Origin: Heteronotia binoei
Taxonomy: Eukaryota
Length of the DNA stretch: 64,000 nucleotides
Direction of reading: 5' to 3'
Assembly: GCF_032191835.1 (NCBI RefSeq)
Contig: NC_083223.1
Span: 138,322,001 to 138,386,000, forward strand
The notes beneath the pieces were generated by a model. That model saw only the letters and a list, made by a program, of their open reading frames with translations. It was not told the origin of the DNA and did not search any database. Both the position numbers and the translations under genes were made by a program. Position 1 is the stretch's first letter. Every line of letters starts with the position of its first letter. Below are positions 49,680-61,611 of the stretch, piece by piece.

Positions 49680-49760
49680 AAGAACATAAAAGAAGCCATG
49701 TTAGATCAGGCCAGTGGCCCATCCATTCCAACACTCTGTGTCACACAGTGGCCAACCCCC
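49680..49760 (-). mobile_element. CR1 3'-end fragment
   Basis: agaacataaaagaagccatgttagatcaggccagtggcccatcc. Confidence 0.8.
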
Positions 49761-49784
49761 CCCCCCCCAAACTTTAACTATAAC

Positions 49785-50350
49785 CAGGGCCGGCGCGAAG
49801 GGATCTGCTGCTAGAGGCAGACCCCCGTGCCGCGCCCCCCCTCCAGCTTCCTTTTTTGTGTGTGTGCCATGATGACATCACTAAAAGTGACGTCACTAAA
49901 AGTAACATCATCGTAAGGGGGACTAGAGAGCGGCGGGTGGCACACGAGAGTACTGCCGCGCCGCCGCTTTCCCCCTGCACTACACTATTTGGAGGCTTCC
50001 TTGAAAGCCTCCAAAGAGTGTAGTTTTTAAAAGGTAACTGGCTGCTTTCAACCCGAAGGCGGTTGGCCGCCTTTAATAAAACACCACGCTCTCAAGCGCC
50101 CGGTACGTTGTTTCTGCTTGCTGAGGGGCTGGAAGATTTCTCCAACCCCTCAGCAAGCAGAAACGAGGTGACACTTTCAGTCCCAGGAGCTCTCGAGCAC
50201 CCAGGACTGAAAGTTAAGTCCCGCGTTGTTTCTACTTGCTGAGGGGCCAGAAGATTTCTCCAGCCCCTCAGGAAGCAGAAACAAGGCGGCCCCGAAGATC
50301 CAGTGTCCTAGCCAGCTGCCGAATGTTGCCTAATGGACGCACCGGCTCTG
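49785..50350. mobile_element. GC-rich, hairpin-rich hAT-type MITE
   Basis: TIRs CAGGGCCGGCGC / GCACCGGCTCTG. Perfect 8-bp TSD ACTATAAC (49777-49784, 50351-50358). At least four internal hairpins. Confidence 0.9.
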
Positions 50351-51037
50351 ACTATAACTTTACTAAACATTTATACATTCAATTTAATCCAAGATGGACC
50401 CAGGGTGTGGCTTAAAGCAAATATGCTGGATGTATTAAACCATGACAGGGGCCTATAAATCAGTAGTCCTACACGCTGGAGGTCGCAAAGAGTTATGGGA
50501 ATGGGAAGCTATTCTGAAATCACACCCCATGCTCAGAACCTCTTATACCAACATTCTGGGAGCCATCAAGCGTTTGAGCAACTGACTTCTCTCCTTTGGT
50601 TTTCTCTTTCAGCTGACCCTCAACTATTTTCAACATGACATACTCTTTAAACATTTCTAAAAATATTTTTCTACGTATCTGGGAAGTGCTCTGAGTATAT
50701 AGAGAGCCCTACTTTATCTGCGTAATGCCTGATTTTGCAGTATTTATGGGGGCATAGAGTTTGGCTACTTTACTATTCAGTGCGGTGAGATATCAGTATT
50801 ACAGCATCAGCAATATCATCTTTTTATTTCTAACTGTATTTTTACATATGGATGTGAGAACTAAAAAAATGGAGAAATCCAAGGTTTACAAGGATCTCAA
50901 AAGAGATCCCTCCCTATCACAAAATGACGGAGGGCAATAGTGACCACTTGCTGCTCCAAGGAGCCCATAAAATGTCATGAAATAAGGATGATACATCTGT
51001 ACTACCTGCATCCAGGGAAAATTGCTTACAGTGGAGA

Positions 51038-51777
51038 TCAGTAGGCAGGTCGATTGCTGTTTATAAAGTTAATTATAGCAAAAATTATATTGCTATAAAT
51101 TTGAAGGGCCTCGGAAGGGTCTGCAGCTTCGGCCAGTTGCTGATTTAATTCCATTAATTGATTTGTTTGGAGCAACAGGTTAATGCTTTCTCGAACTGTC
51201 TCTGTCCATCTGACTCTTGGAGGGGCAAGCATATCAACAGGACCCAGAGATGAATGGCTAACAGCCTCAAATTTTAGTAAGGTAATTAATGGAAAATGGT
51301 CACTGTCCAAGCTCTCACCCACTAAAAAGTCCACAATAAGTTTTCTCAGACTGGGAGAAACAATAACACAATCGACAACACTACTGCCTAATCTGGAACT
51401 AAATGTGTACTCCCCCAGCAAGTCATGTTGCATAGACCCATTTAATATAGATCTGTTAGAGGGGATACAAAAATTTGCCAGGAATACTCCCGCTTCATTA
51501 ACATGGGGGGGTCCTTAGAGTTCCTTGAAAAAATCAGGAATTCGGGGAGGGAGTCGTGCAGGTCAAGACCCAAGGATTTACATAACGCGTAATTATATTT
51601 ACCTATTCTAGCATTAAAATCACCCATAGTTATAAATTCAGCGGAGGGGTACTCCTGCTCCACGTTCTCAATATACATGCTAAAACTGTTCAATTGTGCT
51701 GAAAGGTCTCCTCTTTTTAGACAAGGGGGTAAATATACATTAACCATTATTAATGTTAGGTCTGATAGTTTAAGCAA
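51038..51777 (-). mobile_element. LINE AP-endonuclease fragment (RTE-X-like)
   Basis: NVYLPP...MGDFNARIG...GEYTF...SVVDCVIVS...SDHFPL. Confidence 0.8.
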
Positions 51778-52269
51778 AAGTGCCTGGGCCAGTGAAGAGC
51801 AAGGCGGCAGAAAGGTAGTTTCTGCTTAAATCTGGTAAGAAATTAAACAACACAGGCCTGCTCTACAGTGGCTCATTTGCCTAAGCTTAATTGCTGGCGT
51901 GGAATAGGACTTATAACCTTCAGTAGGCAGGTGCTGTCTTTGACCAGCCTGTGCTTGAATCTAGATAGCTGAAGTGAAGTTAGCAGTCCCATGGTCAGTG
52001 ATGGATTTGGAAGGGGCAGCCTGTCAAGAAGGCTAAATTATGTATTATTTGTGGTCAGTCACCTAGTAGCCAGGATGGAAAGGAGACTCTGAGGAGGTCA
52101 TCACCATATTCTGACTGAGGTGCAGTGCCACCTTTGCTCACTGGCATCTATTCAGCATCAAGGTGAGGAAACTCTGAAGAGACTGGTATTGTATCCAAAT
52201 AATTCCTAGTACCGTATGTAAAGCCAGCAGCCCCAGAGCTCCTTGCCAACCATTTCAGTACAGTTGTTG

Positions 52270-52590
52270 GGGAAGCACATGAAGCTTCCTTATACATAAT
52301 CAGATCATTGGTCCATCATGGTAAGTATTGTCTACTCAGTCTGGCAGTTACATCCAGGTGGGAAGCCGTGTTGGTCTGAAGCAACATAACAAAGTAGGAG
52401 TCCAGTAGCACCTTTAAGACCAACAAAGTTTTATTCGGAATGTAAGCTTTCATGTGCAAACTGGCAGTAGTTCATAATCTCAGGTGATCATCCTTTACAC
52501 TGTTCCTTGTAGCTGGAGATACTGGGGATTGAATCGGGGACATTCGGTGTGCCAAGCAGATGCTCCATTAGTAAGCCATAGGGTGCTCCC
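52270..52590 (-). mobile_element. Squam2-like SINE interrupted by a Penelope-tail fragment (52349-52460)
   Basis: Homologous to 17072-17287. The insert matches the reverse complement of the 41380-41500 tail and is flanked by CTGGCAGT (52341-52348, 52461-52468). Confidence 0.75.
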
Positions 52591-54024
52591 CTTCCCCAAC
52601 GCTTTCAGGGGATGGGAGTCTGAACAGGATTAGTGTCATGTCCAGAGAACTTTACAGATATTGTGTGGACCTCCTCAGTCCCATCTATTGCTGGTGGTGA
52701 ATCCTTTGTGCTGCCTTCTCCCAAATTTTTGTAAGTCTCTAATTGTAATGTATGTTGCAGAATAACAGTTAAAGTATCATACAGTGACTAGTTTGCAAAC
52801 TAATCTACCTTTCTGTCACTTCAAAAAATAAATTTAATGAAGAATCAAGGAAAACAAAACATGTCTAAAATCTCTTTACAATCCATGACTTCACACTAAT
52901 ACAGTCCACCCTGCCCCTAGTCATAATTTAAAATGTTTTCTGAAACTGTCATTAGAAAATTTGTTCTAGTTTTTGGCAGCTCTGATTATAAAGGACATGG
53001 AGAAGTGATGACGCAAAAGGCAAATATAACTTCAGTAAGGAAAAAGATGTAATGGATAGATGGTTAAGTGTAAGTGCATTAAGTATATCACAGATTGAAA
53101 AGAACTGGTCATGAAGATCAGAAAATAGTTTATTTCCTTTTCTTCAGAAAGTATACTTTATATTTCTTCTTCTCTACATGTGAAATAATAACTCATTCTC
53201 AACCCTATATTTTTTAAAAAAACATAAATGGGAATATAAATACAAGAACAAGACATTTTTCCTGACAATTGTAAAATCCAGAAATAAATATTACATCTCT
53301 GGGCTTCTGTGCAGTTCCACATTTAGGAGTAATCAAGTGTTAATCTGAATGGGGGAAAGCTTCTGTCAGAAGCCAGGGTGTTCAGTACCACACCTAAACA
53401 CATGTGCCACACGGTAAAGCAAGTACTTCCTAATGATGGTTGTTTCCTATAGATAGTAGACGAGAAGGGCGTTTGGAAGATGGAGAAGAAATAAGAAAGT
53501 AGATAACCTAAGGCAAAGAAGAAAGGAAGTGGCATGCTTCACAGGGTAGAACTTTTTAAGTTTCTTAACTATATAGGCCTCATAGAAGTTTAATGAAGGA
53601 AAAACCTACCTTCTGCTAACCCTATTATAAAACATGGAGCAATAAAAATTGCATAATGATTCATTGTTAACATAGTCAAGAACTAAAAAATATTAGTTGT
53701 CTGCCATTCATTAGTTCCATGCTACCCTTATCGATTTCAATGAGATTTGCATAGCAACAGTGCGTTTTTGAATTGCTGCTCCCCTGGACTTTGCTGAATA
53801 TAGTTTTCCAGATATTTTCCCTTTGCTTTCTGAATCAAATAGGACTGGTATACTGTTCCTGTCTCTCCCTAACCCAAGGACACAATGTGGGCAGAAGCAA
53901 TTTTGAGAAGAATTGTTATTCCCAACCACTCATTCACTTACTTATCTCTACTTTCCATCTCATAACCAGTCTTTCATCTTTACTTCTACCTACTCATCTT
54001 TCCTCTGACCTGGATGACCCCAGT

Positions 54025-54183
54025 ATTGCTTAATCTCATCAGATTTTGGAAGCTAAGTTAGTTTGTTCCTGGTTAGTACTTGGGAGACCAGCAAGGAAGT
54101 CCAGGGTTGCTATGTAAAGGCATACAACTGCAAACTACCTCTGTTCATCTCTTGCCTTGAAAGCCCTATGGCATTATCATAAC
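54025..54183 (+). mobile_element. 5S rRNA-derived SINE (SINE3 / 5S-Sauria-like)
   Basis: atctcatcagattttggaagctaag...cctggttagtacttgggagacc matches 5S rRNA box A/IE/box C. It is followed by an RTE-type tail caaactacctctgttcatctcttgccttgaaagccctatgg. Confidence 0.75.
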
Positions 54184-55730
54184 AAGAACATAATAGAAGC
54201 CATGTTGGATCAGGCCAGTGGCCCATCCAGTCCAACACTCTGTGTCACACAGTGGCTAAAAAACAAAAACAAAACCCAGGCACCATCAGGAGGTCCATCA
54301 GTGGGTCCAGGACACTAGAAGCCTGCCCATTGTGGTGCCCCCCCAAGCACCTAGAATACAGAGCATCACTGCCCCCCAGACCAAGAGTTCTAACAATACA
54401 CTGTGGCTAATAACCACTGATGGATCTCTGCTCCATCTGTTTATACAATCCCTCTTGAAGCTGTCTATTCTTGCATCCACGACCACATCTTGTGGCAGTA
54501 AATTCCATGAGTTAATCACCCCTTGGTTTATACAGGGGCATTATGATATTGGCTGATTTGTTTTCTGTTCCCTTTAGGGTTGCCAAGTCCAATTCAAGAA
54601 ATATCTGGGGACTTTGGGGGTGGAGCCAGGAACAAGGGTGTGACAAGCATAATTGAACTCCAAGGGAGTTCCGGTCATCACATTTAAAGGGACAGCACAC
54701 CTTTTTAAATGTCTTTCTTCCATAGGAAATAATAAAGGATAGGGGCACCTTCTTTTGGGGCTCATAGAACTGGACCCCCTGGTCCAATCGTTTTGAAATT
54801 TGTAGGGTATTTTGGGGAGAGGCACTAGATACTATACTGAAAATTTGGTACCTCTACCTCAAAAAATAGCTCCCCCAGAGCCCCTGAAACCTCCAGTTCA
54901 ATTCCCCATTATACATATGAGAAACGATCTCCACATAGGGAATAATGAAGACGTTTCCCTCTCCTCCACACACACACCCCTTCTCACAAATCTGATGTAG
55001 GGGATTGGCCTCTCTACTTACCAGCCAGCTTCTTCACAGCAACACAGACACAGAAAGTTGAAGCCTTTCACCACCTCCGGAGGTGCAAAGGAACATGGTC
55101 CTTTGGGACGGGGCAGGAAGCAGCCTGGGAAAGCTCCGGCTGCTGCGATGGAGCTGGGTGGGAAGGGGAGGGGCAAGGAGAAGCTGCTGTGATCCGAGGT
55201 GAGAAGGGAAGGGAGGAGGAGAAGCATCGGGGATCGGTGGGAAGGGGAGAGGAGAAGCTGCTGGGATCTAGGCTGCGTGGGAAGGGCCGCCATTCCCCCT
55301 CGCTTTCTGGATTTTTGGCGAGCGGGAGGAGCCGCCAAATTGGGAAGCCTAGTTCCCTTCCTAATAATTCCCAGCATGTCATTGGCCTTTTTTATTGCAG
55401 TCGCACACTCTCTTGACATTTTCAGTGAGTTATCTACCACGACCCCGAGATCTCTCTCTTGGGCAGTCTCTGCCAGTTCATACACCATCAGCTTGTATTT
55501 ATAGTTAGGATTTCTGGCCCCAATGCGCATTACTTTGCACTTGGCCACATTGAACCTCATTTGCTATGTTGATGCCCACTCGCCCAGCCTTGACAGATCT
55601 CTCTGGAGTTCCTCACAATCCTCTCTGGTTCTCACCACCCTGAACAATTTAGTGTCATCTGCAAATTCAGCCATTTCACTGCTTACTCCCAAATCCAAAT
55701 CATTAATGAACAAGTTAAAAAGCATCTGAC
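54184..55730 (-). mobile_element. CR1 LINE 3' portion, interrupted by a hAT element
   Basis: MRFNVAKCKVMRIG...ERDLGVVVD...KKANDMLGII, continuing across the insertion. The terminus matches 35299. Confidence 0.88.
54575..55351. mobile_element. hAT-type non-autonomous element, TAGGGTTGCCA family
   Basis: TAGGGTTGCCA...TGGGAAGCCTA. Perfect 8-bp TSD GTTCCCTT (54567-54574, 55352-55359). Confidence 0.9.
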
Positions 55731-55734
55731 CCAT

Positions 55735-55970
55735 AGAGCCAGTTCGGTGTAGTGGTTAAGTGTACAAATTCTTATTTGTTAGAACCGGGTTTGATTCCCC
55801 ACTCCCCACTTACAGCTGCTGGAATGGTTTAGCCATAGCTGCTGGAATGGTTTAGCCATAGCTATCGCAGGAGTTGCCTTTGAAAGGGCAGCTGCTGTGA
55901 GAGCCCTCTTAGCCCCACTCACCTCACAGGGTGAGAAGATATAGGATATTGTAAGCCACTCTGATTCAGG
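55735..55970 (+). mobile_element. Squam3-like SINE with an internal 23-bp tandem duplication
   Basis: A box GGTGTAGTGG, B box GGTTTGATTCC. agctgctggaatggtttagccat occurs twice. Confidence 0.85.
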
Positions 55971-55984
55971 AAGTTCATTCAATT

Positions 55985-57832
55985 TTACCTCAATTCAGTA
56001 CAATTTAAGGGTAAAATTTTAATTATAGCAAATCTGAAATTTATCCAATATGCCTAACAGAAGCACAAAAAGAAAAAATCAAAACACCTTACTCGTACAA
56101 ATGGACAACACACAATCGGCGTTATTTAGGAGTAACAATCCCACTGGACTATACAAATTTATATGCCACAAATTTTCACAGACTTCATTCAGAAATAAAA
56201 TTGCTGCTTAAAAAATGGAATCAAGTACCACTAACTTGACCTGATCGACTAGCTCTTATTAAAAGTTTTATTTTACCCAAATATTTATATTTATTTCACA
56301 CTCTACCTGCTAAAGTTCCCAAATCAGATATAAATAAATGGCAAAAGAGCTAAATGCGTTTCTTTGGGCATATAAGAAAAAGAGAATTCATAAATTCACA
56401 TTATATCAACCAGCTGAACAAGGTGGATTAGATATGCCAGAGTTACAAGAATATGCTGATGCTGCCAATTCACCTTCATTAATTAGAGCTATCACCTCTC
56501 CTTATCTTCAGTGGGTACAAATCATGCATTCTTATCTTCTTTCTTATTCTATTTTGAATCAGTTCTGGAACCCTTCTCTCCTTAAAAGGAGACATTGACA
56601 ATATAACTTTTATTTCTCAACACTTTTTAACACTTGGTTAAAATACAAAAATAGATTAGCTCCGGCAGTCTTGCTAGCATCATCATATATTGATCAAGAT
56701 TGGTTCCCCCCAGGAAAAGAAAAAAAAATTATTTTTCGCTCTTGGCCAAAGACAGGTCTAGCAAAACTAAGTGATTTCTTAAACAGAGGCAAATTTGCAG
56801 ACAAAAATTATCTTGAAAAAAAAGCCAGTATCCAAATTAAATGGTATTCTTATCTCCAACCTGATTAAGGAAGCAGTACATAGACCTCAAACGGAATATG
56901 AAAACTTGTTAATGAAATTGGATGATAACCTATTGGGGATCCTATCAAAGTTATACAAAATTCTTAAAACTCTAGACATCAATAAATATCAAGAGAAATG
57001 GAATTCAGAATACCAGAACAGATTAAAAGAAAAAGATTGGGAAAATATTTGGGCCTCACCAAGCTATAAATGTAAAACCTGTAGCATAAAGTATTAGACA
57101 ATTAAAATAATGATGAGGTAGTACATCCCACCTAATAGGTTACATCATATGAGACAGGATATTTCTCCATTATGTATAAAACAATGTGGACTTCCAGGAA
57201 ATTATATACATAGTTGGTGGAAGTATCGCTACATCAAACAATTTTGGCTGCTAATCGCATAGGAAATTAAGAAAATCACACAGGTCAATCTTCCTTTTTA
57301 TCTGGAAATTTTTTTACTAGGAAATTGAGTAAATCATACAGGCATTAGGCATACAACAGAAATGATTCATATTCTTTTGTCAGAGGCACGCACATCTATT
57401 GCTTTTCATTGGAAAGATAAATCAATATTTAAGATTACAGAATGGCAAAACAGGTTATGGGAATCATTTGTTATGCATAAGATTTCAGTTAATGTGGATA
57501 ATTTGATTTCAGAAAAACAAGAAACAAGATTTATTGCAACATGGTTTCCTATTGTTAACTACCTTAATTCAGAAGAAATTATTCCTAAGAATAAGGCTTA
57601 TGAAATAATGTTATACTTTTGAAGTTATTTAATGCTTGTCTTAGACCTCTACAGCCTAAAATTGACTTTCATCTCAGTAACCTATTGTAAATATTATTTC
57701 TTGAGGGTTTTTTAAAAGTTTAATTGTAATGCAATGTATATATATGATAATCTGTATTAATGCAATATTTTTATTGACACCCGGTATGATGCAAAAGTTT
57801 TCAATAAAGTTTTTTGAAAGTTAAAAAAAAAA
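55985..57832 (+). mobile_element. L1-clade LINE 3' portion
   Basis: LALIKSFILPKYLYLF..LP...FLW...GGLDMP, Cys-rich C..QCG..G.YIH.WW motif, then AATAAA (57803-57808) and poly(A) 57823-57832. Confidence 0.85.
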
Positions 57833-58407
57833 GTCCTCTGGTTTGAAACCGAAATGCTCTCCAACATCATCCCAGTTCTCCCACCAGAAGACTCCACGGC
57901 AGCCCAAACAGGGTCATAAAATGTACTAAATGTGTGCTATAAAATGTAATGCCAGGAACCAGAGATATTAATTTTATAAAGGTGATTTCAGGTGACAATA
58001 TCATGCTTGATGTGATTAGTATGTGATATGTAGAGGGGTAGTAATTGTGGAGATATCAGCATTGGTAATGAAACAGGAAACCTAGGTCTCAATTGACCCG
58101 GGAGTGTTCAGCCCAGAAGGATGCAAAGAAGTCTAACATTAGAAATCACAACATTCCAAAACTGTTGGGTGGAAATTTTAACCTTCAGGACATCCAGGTG
58201 CTGACTTAAGAATAGCAGATCTCTTTTAAAGGAATTTCAAAGAGAGACCGATGAATTGGAACTGATAATGAAGCTCAAGAAAATGCATCCTCCTGAGCTG
58301 AATTGAGACCTAGGTTTTCTTTCTCTTCACTAACACCTGCTATTATCATTTAGCCTCTGAAATCATGGCACTTTCCAAGATATAAGGACAGATAGACTCA
58401 CATTCTA

Positions 58408-58515
58408 ACTGTATCTGAAGAAGTGAACAGTGACTCATGAACGCTGATGCTCTGCCACAATTTTTGTTAGTCATTAAGGTGCCATTGGACTCTTGCTCCA
58501 TTCCACTAAGAAAGA
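58408..58515 (+). mobile_element. Penelope 3'-tail fragment
   Basis: gtatctgaagaagtgaacagtgactcatgaacgc...ttgttagtcattaaggtgccattggactc. Confidence 0.7.
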
Positions 58516-61380
58516 CTGCAAACTGCAGGCCTGTGATCAGCAGGGTTTTTTGGCTTGTAGGGCAATTTTTTTTCTTGAGGCAGCCAAGAGTAAGCTCAAA
58601 ACACTTCTCCCCACAGGCTGCTGGGACGTTGGGTGGAAAGCCAGTTGCTTGCAGGCTGGATATGAGGCCTCAGCTAGCCAGTTCCATCCCATGGGCCATA
58701 TGTTTGATACCCCTGCATGGGGTTGCCATAAGTCAGCTGAGAAATTATGGTTTGAAAACCCCACCAACTGACAAAGCAAAAAAAAAAAAAAATCCACAAA
58801 AATTCTATTACATAGTTTTCCCAACCGTTAACAAAAGATCAAGAAAAGTGGTATAATTTTTTGTTTCAAATAACAGAAAGTTGTATTAAGGTTTGGGGTC
58901 AAAGGTATTTTCTGTACATTTCAGAAAATTATATTTTCAGTGACTATTAAGCTGTCAGAGCTACAACTGTACTGAGGTAGTGTAGATGTACAACAATAGG
59001 ATAAATGTAGGAATCAGACCTGTGACTGCATTAAACAAGTTCTTTATATAAATGGCCCTCATTTTTTGTGTAGTTTTGATGGTTATTTTTCAAAAATGCC
59101 TAAGTTGGAACACTCTGTTGAATAGATACAATTTGCCTGTGAATGATATAGCATTCAGGATTTAAAAAGAAACACAAAACAAAACAAAAATCAAGAGATG
59201 GTAAGGGAATTAGTGCAATCCAAAATAGAGTTACACCCTTTTAAATCCATAAGACGTGACTTTATTTAGAATTGTACTATAAATAATCTCATGTAAATTT
59301 CTTTTTGCACCAGATTCTGTGTTCCCTCTGTTCTCTTCTCAGCAACACCACTGCAGCACATTTCTTTAACAAATTCATATGACAGTGTATGCACACATAA
59401 TTTGCTGGATCAGGACTAAGAGTATAAATTGGATGTACATCTGAATGCAGATGTCTTCTGCCTGTACAGCATTACTTTCAGTTGGATACACTTTGAAAAA
59501 CAAATACCCATTCTGGCACAACTAACCACATGTAGCCATATGGATGGAACTAGAATTAGAATAAAATAAGAATTGGGATTGTCCTATGATTAGCTTTTTT
59601 TATTTCAAGATTAAGTTAAAGTATTGGTTTGTGGACATATATATCAAATTATATATTGAATAATTCTTAGAGTTATTAGTGAAAACTTGGTGTTGTATCC
59701 AGTTATTTTACAAAGTTACTCATTAACTAAATTCTACAGATCATTATGTTTAGAAAGTCACCACTTTTTTAAAAAAGTGGTTTCAAAATAATGACACCCC
59801 CCACCCAGGATATAAAAAGCTGACAGTTGTGCAGTGTTGATGATGTGTTACCTTAGGAGGATATTTATGCATGTTACAAATAATTCTCCAGACGTTGTGT
59901 AGCTCTAGTTCAAAATAAAGTAAATTACAACCTGCAGTGTGTGTGTATTTTTGTATGTATAACCATACCATTTTCTGCATATCAAGTAAATGAACAGCAT
60001 CATTTTTCAAATGTTAATGATTTATACATGAACTAGGAACAAGACCTGTTATGGGGGAAAATACAATGGGCTACCTAGAAAGAGGCTCTGGGCAAGTGCC
60101 CCCCCTTGCTGTCTCCCACCCACCGAAGTGAAGGCATTCACTTCCTCTCTACCCTTGCTTTCTTTCCCCCCACCCCCAACCCTTGTCCTTCACTCACTTC
60201 CCCACCCCTGCTTTCTTCTCCCCCAAACCCAACCTTTGGTATTCACTAACCCCCCACCCTCACTGTTTTCCCACCCACCCTTCAGCTGAAACAGATGTCA
60301 ACTTCCACTCCCACCCCTGCATATGTGTGTATGTGTGTTCCCATATTTTGGTGACTCAAAGGCCTGAAACAGGCCCAGAGTGAAGAGGAAGAAGAATAAT
60401 TATGGGGGGCCAGGGGGACATGATGACAGTCACACAGACATTGAAACTGAGCATTCCTTTTGTTTGCAGTGCATTGTTGCCACCTTTTCCTGTCATATCC
60501 AGCCTTACGACATTTAACATCAGTGTGTGCTTGTGGCATGATCTGTGTTTTTTGGCCTGGCCTGATTGTGTTATGGTATACCATAGAATATGCACGTAAA
60601 GGCGACCATTTTTTGTAGAACTGATCTGAGTTCAGCTCTCCATCTCCTCCCTACTTCCTGCAACCTCTACCTAGGAAAAATACAATCTTTCTCTGCAGTG
60701 TGGACCAAAGCATGAGAGAAGCAACCTCAGCAGGATATAATGACACAGAGTCCACCATGCAAAGCAACCATTTTCTCCAGGGGAGCTGATCTCTGCCATC
60801 TGGAGAGCAATTGTAAATCTGAGTGATCTCCAGCCCTCCCCTGGAGACTGACAACACTTGATCTCCTGGCAAAAATGGCTGGTTTTGAGGGTGGAGTCTA
60901 TGGCATTGTACTTGACTTAGGTCCCATCCCTCCACAAACCCCACCCTCTCCAGGGTCCACCTCTCAAATCTCCAGAAATTTCCCAACCTGGAGTTGGCAA
61001 CGGTATCTCCTTACCAGCCAACTATCAACCTACATTTATCTGAGTTCAGCTTTCTGTCTCTTCCCCCTCTCCTCCCTGCAGGCTCTACCTAGGAAAAGCA
61101 CAGTCTTTCTCCATAGTGTGGGCAGGCTCTACCTAGGAAAAGCAGTCTTTCTCCATAGTGTGGACCAAATCCACTTAAATCATTTTCTTCTCCCCTTTTT
61201 GATCTGCCCAACAACCCTGTGAGGTAGGTTAGGCTGAAAGTCTGTGACTGGTCTGAAATCCCACAGTCAGTTTCCACAGCAAGAACCTAGGTTTGACAGA
61301 CTCAGCTCTGAAGTGGTAACTGGTACGTCACACTTGCTGTCATGGGGGGCTGCAGCTGAACAGTAGCAAGCAGCCAGGCC

Positions 61381-61611
61381 TATGGTAGCCAACCTCCAGG
61401 TGAAGCCTGGAAATCTCCTGTTATCACAACTGAACTCCAGACAACAGATCTGTCTTTCGCTGGAGAAAGTAACTGCTTTGGAGGGTGATCTGAACATGGA
61501 TTTTAGGGCATTATATTCAGCTGAGGGCTCTCCCCTCCCCAAACTCTGGCTTCTGTAGACCCCACCACAAAATCTCCAGGAATTTTCCATCAACCTGGAG
61601 CTGACACCATA
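61381..61611. mobile_element. Old TAGGGTTGCCA-family MITE
   Basis: TATGGTAGCCAACCTCCAGG...CCTGGAGCTGACACCATA. Degenerate TSD GCCAGGCC/GTCAGGAC. A related degraded copy lies at ~60720-61010. Confidence 0.65.

Noticed and set aside
54025-54110. 5S rRNA gene
   Set aside because: Partial, diverged, single copy and fused to a retroposon tail.
59759-59781. Short palindrome ACCACTTTTTT/AAAAAAGTGGT
   Set aside because: 11-bp arms dominated by a T/A run; plausible by chance in 64 kb of AT-rich DNA.
60620-61170. ~90-bp direct repeats and a ~45-bp tandem duplication (ctctacctaggaaaa...gtgtgg)
   Set aside because: Associated with degraded MITE copies. Irregular units and no conserved repeat-spacer pattern; not a CRISPR-like array.
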